From Azolla caroliniana (Eukaryota; Plantae; Polypodiophyta), in the NCBI GenBank assembly GCA_043228905.1, contig JBHGNT010001130.1, forward strand, positions 1 to 11,784: a stretch of 11,784 nucleotides of DNA. The letters are read 5' to 3'. The notes under the pieces were generated by a model. That model made no database searches. It worked only from the letters and a program-made list of their open reading frames with translations, and had not been told where the DNA came from. A program made the translations under genes and the position numbers. Positions 1 through 7,762 of this stretch are shown here, one piece after another. Position 1 is the first letter of the stretch. The number at the start of each line of letters is the position of its first letter.

Positions 1-885
1 GCGATAAAAAACTATCGCATGGGACCATAAAATTGACGTAATTTAGATGATAATTTGCGTGATTTAGATAAAATTGTACGTTGTTTCTATGTTTTCACCA
101 ACGTTTTTAATTTCAGTGAACCTAGACAAAAAGTTCCTTCATTTAGATTGAAGATTCGATCTCCGACAAAACGAGATTCTGGCTCCTTCATCAAGGATAC
201 GAGTAAAAAGATTTTATTTGACTCAACGGGGGAAGGAGGATCCAAGTCATCTGTGGCTACTACCAAAATCAACAAAGGTAGTATGCAAGAGGAGAAAACG
301 GTTGAGGTGAAATATAAGGATTACCCCGAACTTGAATGGTGTCTCTCCTATGTCGAGGAGGATGGGGTGTTGTTATTGATAACAACAAAATCGGACGGGG
401 AAGGGAAACTTCAGCTTGGAAAAACATTTAATTACGGGCATGTAACCAAGCTAGAGTACGAAGACATTGACTCTACAAGTATTTTAATCGACGTCTCGAG
501 CTCAGTTGGCAACAGGCGATTGCGACTTGACGAGGGAAACCTAGTACCCGAATCTTGCAATCCCAAGGCTTTGCGTAAAGACCTGCAAACGAAAAATAAC
601 TTGTTGGTAGCTCTTCGGTCGTACGTGACAGGAGAGATGATGATCGGTGAAGCAGAAACTCCACCGAAAAAGTCTAGGAAGACAAATCCTGTTCAAAAGA
701 AATATACTAAATGACCACGACCCGAAGAAGAAGAAGAAGAAATATTAGAGTTCGTGGAAGAAGAAGACGACCAACAAGTCGACGTCGTGGCTCCAGGCGG
801 ACAACTATCTTCTGGTGTCCTGACGTCAGAACAAAATAAAATAAGAGAAAATATTGTGAAGACTAAACTTGTGCACAGGGGCCAA

Positions 886-1327
886 CTATTTCATTTGCCC
901 ATTACTTCTATCCAAAGGCCCCCCATTGACCCCGTGACTGGAAGACGTCCCCTTGAAATTAGGGAGCCGCACTCCGTCCATGTGCAAAACCTGAAAAGCA
1001 AAATGAAAATCAATCCTCACGCTACTGTGGTGCCATTTTTGGTAATGGTTGATCAAGAACAATGCCCAACAGTAGCAGATTTCAAGTATAGCTCTGCAGA
1101 CGATTACACATACTATGTAATCGGAGGATCACATTTGGCCGAAGCTCGACGACAGCTTGTCAAAGAATATCCTCTCACGCCGTTCTTCAAGTACACTGAA
1201 TGTAAGGTATATGCAGGACTAACTCACGAGGAGGCGAAGCTGCTCGCATGGGACCATAACAATGACAACGATTATAGGCAAAAGATGTCATGTATAGAGA
1301 GGATAAGATTTTTTTCATCATGAATAC
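886..1327 (+). other. ParB/Sulfiredoxin-like N-terminal domain coding segment
   Basis: LPITSI...HVQNLKSKM...PFLV...YYVIGGSHLAEA (YYVIGGSH at 1111-1134)...CKVYAGLTHEEAKLLAWDHN follows the ParB-N pattern (Y-x-I-x-G-x-H-R-x-x-A ... L-x-x-EEA-x-x-LA-x-x-x-N). The usual Arg after His is Leu here. Recognised by eye, no HMM run. Confidence 0.7.
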
Positions 1328-1755
1328 TAGGATGCCTTGAATCGTTTTGGTCCAAGATTGTGGCCTGGATTGCGACGCCAGTGTTTATTGGAAGTAGGGA
1401 TTGCAGTGGATGAGAGTACCAAATCCGAAGGTCTCCGAAAATATGATTCTTGGTTTCAACTAGCTTTTCGGACCAGAGAGGTGTGGGATCTCCAAGACAA
1501 AATATTCTCTATGTGGGAGCGGAAAGAAGTCAAGGGGCAAAGATAAAAGAAGGGAAGAATTGATCCACAAGTTGAGATGAAATCAAAGACCAAGGGAAAA
1601 AGCGACTTGGTAATCGAGGAGTTAGCAGAGGACATGAAACTTTTACCTTGGAGATCATTATAAGGTATCAAAGATGATAGATTGTTAATATCCGTGCTAT
1701 CTCGAGTGGTCGCCAAGGAATTTAGTTTGGACGAGATGGTAACAGACTTGCAAAA

Positions 1756-1837
1756 GTAAGTGTTTATAGTATACCTTTTCATGAAAGTCTTCAATTATTT
1801 TGAATATCTTATTTCTAATTTCATATTGATTGTGCAG
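1756..1837 (+). other. Spliceosomal intron (82 nt, phase 2)
   Basis: GTAAGT donor, AT-rich body, TGCAG acceptor; splicing gives ...DLQ-N-HKVYMKIQ in frame. Confidence 0.85.
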
Positions 1838-1976
1838 TCACAAGGTATACATGAAGATTCAGGAGTTGATGATGCAAAAATTGAGTTTACCGACATGGGA
1901 AGAAGTTGAACAAGCCTGCCCGATAACTTCTTCCTACAAGGCATTGGAGGAATATTTTATTGTATTTAGAGAATGG

Positions 1977-2044
1977 GTATGTGTCTTTTGAATGTTGATA
2001 TGTTAGAAACTAATGTTCCCTGCTAACAACAATGACACTTGCAG
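1977..2044 (+). other. Spliceosomal intron (68 nt, phase 0)
   Basis: GTATGT donor, TGCTAAC branch-point-like motif at 2021-2027, TGCAG acceptor; joins FREW to KPSKSKK. Confidence 0.85.
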
Positions 2045-2224
2045 AAACCATCAAAATCGAAAAAGAACAACGACAATAATGACGGTATTCCAGCGGTCTT
2101 CATCACGCACTTAGAACGTGCGAAATATGAGAAGAGAATGACCAAAGGGAAGGAAATGGAACTGCCCGAGGATTCGGAGACTGTAAAGAGTTTTTTGCAT
2201 AGGTCCGATCCTTTCAAACAGCTT

Positions 2225-3075
2225 CATTATAGTGTTTTCAATGGCGAAGTATCCCAGATGCTCGAATTGTTACCGAGAAGGCACTACACTTTGCTGATAG
2301 CTGACATACCATATGGTTTCCGTATTGCGGGATCAACATATGATGATGTGCCTTTCAAGTACCCTCAGATCGAGAAAATGGTAAAGGATTTCGCAGAACT
2401 GACATTGGCCCCCTTGTGGAGGATAGTCATATTTCATAGCATGGGACAATCACTGTCAGTCACAACAGCTTTGAAGTCCCGTTGTCATGCCACTGAACAC
2501 ATGCATTGGTGCGTTATAGTTCTCTTTTACTCATTACAGTACTTCTTATTATATGTACACATTTACACCTCTAATACTTGATTTTCTTTCTCTATAGGAT
2601 CAAAACAAATATTACACGTAGCCCTGGCGATCGAATGGTTAGTGCGGTCGAACATTTTTGTGTGGGCTACTATGATTCAATTACAAAGAAGAAGGCTAGA
2701 GCACATGTCAATGAGCGTAACGTGGTTAACTACATCATGTGCCCAGCTATAACCAAAAAATTAAGACATGTGTCAGGGGATAAAAGTATGGTGAACCCTT
2801 ATCAAAAACCTCAAAGATTGATCAACCGCCTCATAGAGCTCTTCTCGAATCCAGATGATTGGGTCCTAGACTTGTTCTCTGGCACAGGTATAATATATAT
2901 ATTTAATTTCAATCCTATCGATCAAGTTTAAGACGTTACTTCTTATATATACTTGTTTGTGTTCATGCGACCATTAGGTACAACGACAGCTTGTGCATTG
3001 AAGATGTTTAGAAACTGTGTTGCATTGGAGAAGGACCCTGCTCAAGTTAACTTCATCAAAATGAGGATCAGAGGA
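2225..3075 (+). CDS. Beta-class (N6_N4_Mtase-type) DNA methyltransferase domain spread over three intact exons
   Basis: Catalytic motif IV DIPY (2303-2314) precedes W-x-K, the P-x-QKP-x-x-L-x-x-RLI segment and SAM-binding motif I DLFSGTG (starts 2869, completed across intron 2888-2977), followed by R-x-C-VALEKD. This is the motif order of beta-class amino-MTases. No stops or frameshifts in these exons. Confidence 0.9.
2509..2597 (+). other. Spliceosomal intron (89 nt, phase 2)
   Basis: GTGCGT donor, pyrimidine tract TTTTCTTTCTCTATAG; splicing restores the conserved W-I-K (TG|G). Confidence 0.85.
2888..2977 (+). other. Spliceosomal intron (90 nt, phase 1) inside methyltransferase motif I
   Basis: GTATAA donor, TTAG acceptor; splicing gives DLFSGT-G(G|GT)-TTTACAL, restoring the canonical F-x-G-x-G-TT motif. 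Confidence 0.9.
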
Positions 3076-4046
3076 ATCTGGGACTGTCCAGATCAGGATC
3101 AAGAAGTCGGAGCAAAACACATCAACGAGACAGAGATGTTCCAGATGACTTCACGAGAACCAATGGAACCAATTGATGAAGAAGCAGGGGCGCTGGTGGA
3201 CCTGGAAGATGTAGCACAGTTTGACCATACATCAGATTCGGGAGAGCTTGGAGATGACACGAATGAAAATAGTCTAGAACAATCAGCGCCAGAGGAGCCT
3301 GCTCTGCCTGATTTGCTTATAGATTGATGTAGATGGCGTAATGTAAAAATTGAGGATTTTGAGGCATAATGTTCACCATCACTTCATATTATATTTGTAT
3401 ATGAGAACATCTGTAATTGTTTATCGTTTAATTAAATTCACCTGTTCATAATTTCCCTTTTTAATCATTATTGGAATCGTAGTTTGTATTTACATATAAT
3501 TGGTCACCATGCTCTTCTTCAGTTTGAGATATTAACATGATATTGTAATTTCTCATTTCCATTAGCATGACTGTATATGAAAAGGCAAATGTTTTTGATA
3601 ATAAGAGGTTTTTAGTTACCTACGGTTCAAGTCTACTGGTTCCACATAGTATAAATGAATGTCGTACGTAGTTGTTACTCTTACCAATTACATTGTCATG
3701 AACTATATGACATTATACAATGAAACTATCGATATACCCGTCCAACAAGTGGGGTACTACTTTATTCCTAAACCCAAAACCACATATTTATAATTACGGT
3801 TTATGTATTTTTACTCTACAATTTGAATATGGATACCAATTTTAGAACTTTATATTGAACCAAGTCTTCAATTGTGCTCCATGATATGCAAATTGACACG
3901 AATGTGGATACATATACAATTTAGTAATTGCTAGGTTTTTTTGTTCTATATTTAACCATCAAGTCGCAAAAGGGGTACGCATGCATCGTATATTTTCGAT
4001 ATCAGGCTAAAATAGGGTACTTTTCTACATCTGGCCAACTATGCCA

Positions 4047-4783
4047 AAAGAGAATACGACATAATACCTGTTTCAAATGACCCGGGGACCAATGGTCAAG
4101 AGTCGCCATTATGTCACCACTTTGTATTCTAGCATTTAGTATGAGTGATAGAATCATATTCTATGACACATAACTTATGAGCTTTCACATTCCCCACGCT
4201 CCATGAGTCTTGTAGTTAATGAAGAGAGAGGGTGACTATATAAAGCACCGTCCGCCCACCTTGTAAAACGTTGAGTCTTTCTCCTTTGTTAATATAATCT
4301 GCCTTGCGTATACTCTGTCTTACTCCTTGTCTCTCTCACTCTCACTCTCTCTCTCTCATACACACACATAGTTCATATTTATTCCGCTACACAAGAATCA
4401 TACCCGATTCTTTACACGCACCGTAAATCATAATGGGATACTCCCTCGTATCCTAGTAACGTATAAGGGAGACGGCTACAACCGAACTCCTTAGGAAGTG
4501 CACTAATATCCTCACTTACGCCTACACCCTTACAATTAACAATACGCAACAGAGAAAGTCACAGATATGCACATAGATCAGAGAAGATAGTATTCTATTA
4601 GAAAAACGCTCTATACTCCAAAATTACACGCTACCTCTTACAGAGGATTTCTGCCCTTTATATACATAGGGTTTTTAGCCGTTCACGCTTCCCGTGTGAA
4701 CCGTTACATCTGTTTCTTAACGCTTTACTATATTATAATATTTTTGTGCTTCTGTCCGTCGGTTACGATTACGGCGGACAACA
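4047..4783 (-). mobile_element. LTR-like terminus of an element inserted into copia gag (itself interrupted by the solo LTR)
   Basis: The minus strand begins TGTTGTCC exactly where the copia gag frame breaks (4783/4784). There is a minus-strand TATATAAAGGG near 4655-4665. The left boundary is uncertain and no TSD is visible in the window. Confidence 0.5.
4069..4400 (+). mobile_element. Solo LTR (332 bp) with 4-bp target site duplication
   Basis: Termini TGTTTC...GAATCA (TG..CA, 5/6 inverted match), flanked by TACC at 4065-4068 and 4401-4404. Internal TATATAAA near 4237 and a downstream CT/CA-rich tract. Confidence 0.7.
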
Positions 4784-5019
4784 CTTTGGCCATACTAATG
4801 TAGACGTTCTCGGTCAGATGCATTCGAATGGTCGACATGGCTATTTCGTCCAATGAACGTCATTCGTCAATTGTCATCGAGGTTGGCTTGTTATTGTTTC
4901 GTATTACCTCGATTTGACGTTGGATGATCAATACATCTTGCATCATCTCCTTCCATAGGGCAAAGTTCTTGCCATCGAACTTTCAGATTTCTACCCATGT
5001 TCTATGATGTAGATGACAT
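4784..5019 (-). pseudogene. gag: Ty1/copia gag N-terminal fragment
   Basis: The minus strand translates KFDGKNFALWKEMMQDVLIIQRQIEVIRNNNKPTSMTIDE*RSLDEIAMSTIRMHLTENVYISMAK, a typical copia gag start. It has an internal stop and is truncated at 4784. Confidence 0.85.
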
Positions 5020-5114
5020 GTTCTTTGGAAGTAAGATTTTTTGACCTAGTTCTTTCTTTCAATCTTCTCTTCTCTTCTTAGGTTTGCACTGGTATTGCCG
5101 CCAAACTACAAGTT

Positions 5115-5125
5115 GCTCTGATACC
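5115..5125 (-). promoter_or_regulatory. Primer binding site (tRNA-iMet type) of the copia element
   Basis: Plus-strand GCTCTGATACC is the reverse complement of (T)GGTATCAGAGC, located between the LTR and gag. Confidence 0.8.
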
Positions 5126-5225
5126 CTTCATGGAGAAAGATTTAGAAATGTTGGTGTGGAAGATGATTCAAGCCATATCACTTAGTCTACCAAACAACAT
5201 GAAAGAGGATATGCAGGATTACATA

Positions 5226-6056
5226 GAGAGAGATAGATAAATAGATAGATAGATATAGATTATATTACTGTCTTCGGAGGTCAAATATGACCTATGAGAC
5301 CAAAAATATTACATTTCATGTGATACATGTGAAAGTGAGTAGTGACTCTCGATGTTCAAGAACTTTACAAATGAATGTTCCAATCGAGAGTGCATATTGT
5401 GGTTGTGAGAGGAATTCATGCAAAGATTGGGCTCGGTCGAAGAGATGTGGAAAGCATGGTCGAATATAATCAAAGGCAGAGCATTGTATCAAAGTGTGAT
5501 ACTCAGATTCATGAACTTGTTTAGGGCAAAGTGTGCATAGCCGACCACTCTCATCACTTGTGCCCCAATGCCTTGTTTCACAAACAATGCATGTGAGCTA
5601 AGTCGTATGGAAGAAATGGTTCAAATGGTAGATAACGGTATGGGCTCTAACATGTATCGATGTGTACGATTTCCCCGTTTCGCAAAGAATATGGTTTTGT
5701 AGCTAGGTGCAACATGTGTAGTATAATGTGTGAAGCGTGAGCCTCCACATTTGTCCCATGTCATGATACATTGGCGTTACAAGAAGGCCTCATTTACAGA
5801 GGAATCTATTGATGCATCATGAAGCAAGTTTCTCGCATCCCATCTACCAAACCATTTTTCTATATCTTGCATCCAACCGGAACACAAATTTTTGCTTTTA
5901 TGCGTCTTTTGGATCTTTTTACTTGCTTCCCACGCAATTTTAGGAAGTCGATGTGAGAAACTTTTTTGAACCTTAAGCATGTATTCAACAACCCTTTCCA
6001 TGGCCATGATCTCAATGGGAAGCGATCCCGTCTCAAGGAGGAGGATGGTGTAGGGT

Positions 6057-6058
<2 letters not shown>
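5226..6058 (-). mobile_element. 5'-truncated non-LTR retrotransposon 3' end (RTEX-like), degenerate
   Basis: Minus strand reads LLETGSLPIE...RLPKIAW...GWMQDIEKWF...IRLSSHAL, then after a frameshift CETRHWG...RLCTLCPKQVHESEYHTLIQCSAFDYIR (C-terminal CCHC). The stop is at 5316-5318, followed by a short UTR and an (ATCT)n-type tail at about 5232-5260. Confidence 0.8.

Positions 6059-6098
<40 letters not shown>
6059..6098. repeat. (AG)20 microsatellite
   Basis: Direct reading; it explains the SLSLSL run in ORF 5777..6154. Confidence 0.97.
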
Positions 6099-6101
<3 letters not shown>

Positions 6102-6336
6102 GAGCTTATATACTCAAGCCCTAGCGCAAGGACGTGTTCACATTTAGGATACAAGGTAGGAGTAGGCCTTTTATGTCAACAAAATGAACACTTGTTTTTG
6201 CTATGCTTACTATACGTCCATGAAGTGCACTTAGTTTGACCAAATATATGACAATTATTTTACAAAATTACAATATGTTAATTCTACAAGAAAGAACGAT
6301 ATCAATCATTTTCCTTACTCTAAAGTAGTCTTTGCT

Positions 6337-6456
6337 TGTCCAAACCCAAATTTGAACCAGATCACTTGAGCCCTGAGACATTTTCAATGCCATGAAGCTA
6401 GACCAGTGAGCTCTAGTGTGTTACACTAGCGTGATAACCATATACACCATCTAGAA
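6337..6456 (-). pseudogene. tRNA-Val(AAC)-like copy interrupted by a ~46-bp insertion
   Basis: The T arm and anticodon arm are separated by extra sequence at about 6361-6410; anticodon arm CTAGT-GTAACAC-ACTAG. Confidence 0.75.
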
Positions 6457-6662
6457 ATTTTGATATTAAATTTATTTCCAAAATGGAAACCCCAATAACC
6501 GAATCAACAATTAAGGAATTCACTCTGTTTTTGCATATTCCTAGGGATGCAAGTCTAATAACTAGCTTCGATCCATTGAAGAAAAGAATGTTCTTATAAA
6601 AATTTCAAGATGTCAATTCAAAAAAGAATAGTTCAAAATCTTGTGTAATCCAATTCTTTACT

Positions 6663-6736
6663 TGTCCAAACCCAAACTCAAACCAGAGACCTCTCGTGTG
6701 TTACACTAGCGTGATAACCATATACACCATCTAGAA
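6663..6736 (-). pseudogene. tRNA-Val(AAC)-like degenerate copy
   Basis: 74 nt: TTCTAGATGGTGTATATGGTTATCACGCTAGTGTAACACACGAGAGGTCTCTGGTTTGAGTTTGGGTTTGGACA; A and B boxes are mutated. Confidence 0.8.
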
Positions 6737-6940
6737 ATTTTGATGTTATTTATTTCCAAAATGGAACCCCCAATAACCGAATCAACATTTAAGGAATTCA
6801 CTCTGTTTTTGCATATTACTAGGGATGCAGATCTAATAACTAGCTTCCATCCATTGAAGAAAAGAATATTCTTATAAAAAATTCAAGATGTCAATTCAAA
6901 AAAGAATAGTTCAAAATATTGTGTAATCCAATTCTTTACT

Positions 6941-7014
6941 TGTCCAAACCCAAACTCGAACCGGAGACTTCTAGTGTGTGAAACTAGCATGATAACGAAC
7001 TACACCATTTGGAC
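6941..7014 (-). tRNA. tRNA-Val(CAC)-like copy, the best folded in the array, probably a pseudogene
   Basis: GTCCAAATGGTGTAGTTCGTTATCATGCTAGTTTCACACACTAGAAGTCTCCGGTTCGAGTTTGGGTTTGGACA has a perfect 7-bp acceptor stem GTCCAAA/TTTGGAC, anticodon stem CTAGT/ACTAG, loop TTCACAC and GGTTCGA. C61 is T and the D-loop GG is altered. Confidence 0.75.
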
Positions 7015-7290
7015 CCACTTGTGAAAACCAATTTTATGTTTTGACAATTGACCTTAATTTTGCTATTGGCATTTAACTTAAAGGAGTTTTTGAGACTACA
7101 TACTATTTAGATAGAAAAAGATAGCACCAACAGATGCAAGAAATAAACATTTTTTTGGCTTTGTTTATTATACATGCATGAAGTTCATTTAGTTTGTTTA
7201 AATACATGACTATTAGTTTACAGAATTACAATATGTCAATTTTGTAAAGAAGGTACCAAACAATTTCCTTATTCTTAGTAATACTTTCTT

Positions 7291-7365
7291 TCTCCAAACC
7301 TAGTCTTGAACTAAAGACCTCTAGTGCGTTAACATTAGTGCGACAATTAGCTAGACCATCTGCAC
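7291..7365 (-). pseudogene. Strongly degenerate tRNA-Val-like copy
   Basis: Aligns with the core over its full length with many substitutions. Confidence 0.65.
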
Positions 7366-7464
7366 ATTTTGAAAATAAAAATGATGCAATTTTCAAGAAA
7401 ATAATGTTCTTAGTAGAAATTTAAGATGTCAATACAAAAAAGAATCGTTGTAAACAATGTTCTT

Positions 7465-7538
7465 GCTATTGGTCCAGACTTGAACCAGAGACCTCTAGTG
7501 TGTTACACAAGCGTTATAACCAACTATACTATCTAGAC
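7465..7538 (-). pseudogene. tRNA-Val(AAC)-like degenerate copy
   Basis: GTCTAGATAGTATAGTTGGTTATAACGCTTGTGTAACACACTAGAGGTCTCTGGTTCAAGTCTGG; the 3' acceptor strand is lost. Confidence 0.75.
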
Positions 7539-7762
7539 ATTTTGAGGATATATCATTATATTACCAAAGTGATTTAGTTATGGTAAGTAACTTGGATCTG
7601 TTAAATAAAAGAATGTTCTTAGAAAAAATTCGGGAAAGAATCATTCAAAATCTTGCTCGTAATCAACATCTTTACTTCTCCAAACCCAAACTCGAACCAA
7701 AATAAAAGAATGTTCTTAGCAAAAAATCGGAAAGAGAATCGTTCAAAATTTTGTCCTCGTTG

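Larger units (their letters stand above)
117..3327 (+). pseudogene. Intron-containing ParB/Srx-like domain + beta-class N6A/N4C DNA methyltransferase fusion gene, 5' end upstream of the window, disrupted in the first visible exon
   Basis: Exons 117-1755, 1838-1976, 2045-2508, 2598-2887 and 2978-3327 join in phase through GT-AG introns (acceptor TTTCAG ends at 116), giving about 959 aa. Lesions: TGA 712-714, a T7 run at 1309-1315 with one extra T, TAG 1328-1330, TAA 1544-1546, TAA 1661-1663. Motifs: LLIADIPYG, HWIKTN, NPYQKPQRLINRLIELFSNPDDWVLDLFSGTGTTTACALKMFRNCVALEKD. Confidence 0.85.
5149..6181 (-). mobile_element. Copia 5' LTR (TGTTG...CAACA), split by a LINE insertion in its (CT)n tract
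   Basis: Inverted termini TGTTG at 5149 and CAACA ending at 6181. Minus-strand TATATAAG near 6105-6112 precedes the CT microsatellite. Array sequence resumes sharply at 6182 (AAATGAACAC, compare 11370). The PBS is about 23 nt from the inner end, so that boundary is less certain. Confidence 0.65.
6182..7762 (-). repeat. Tandem tRNA-Val-derived array, left block
   Basis: A core of about 74 nt recurs at 6337, 6663, 6941, 7291, about 7465 and 7677 (partial), with shared spacers. Includes a near-identical 278-bp period (6661 vs 6939). Confidence 0.85.

Noticed and set aside
1-18. GCGATA...TATCGC inverted repeat
   Set aside because: A 6-bp stem at the window edge in a presumed intron; compatible with chance.
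712-1663. Stops repaired by U-to-C RNA editing, or an alternative genetic code
   Set aside because: U-to-C editing in ferns and hornworts is organellar, whereas this locus is nuclear. Neighbouring TEs show similar decay and all three stop types occur.
87-2217. Minus-strand ORFs 87-275, 473-664, 1456-1794 and 2023-2217
   Set aside because: They are antisense shadows of the plus-strand gene with no recognisable motifs.
55-3327. Bacterial or phage operon of separate small genes (restriction-modification system)
   Set aside because: The fragments join through in-phase GT-AG introns into a single protein; no endonuclease gene is recognisable and the flanks are plant TEs.
3745-4025. GGGTAC motifs (about 3752, 3973, 4015) as transposon subterminal repeats
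   Set aside because: Only three 6-7-nt matches with no identifiable TIR partner in the window; too weak to call.
5777-6154. 125-aa minus-strand ORF as a real gene
   Set aside because: It is a chimera of LTR sequence, the (CT)n microsatellite and a LINE ORF fragment.
6941-7014. Fully functional tRNA gene
   Set aside because: The conserved G53-C61 pair and D-loop GG are mutated; it is kept only as a probable pseudogene.
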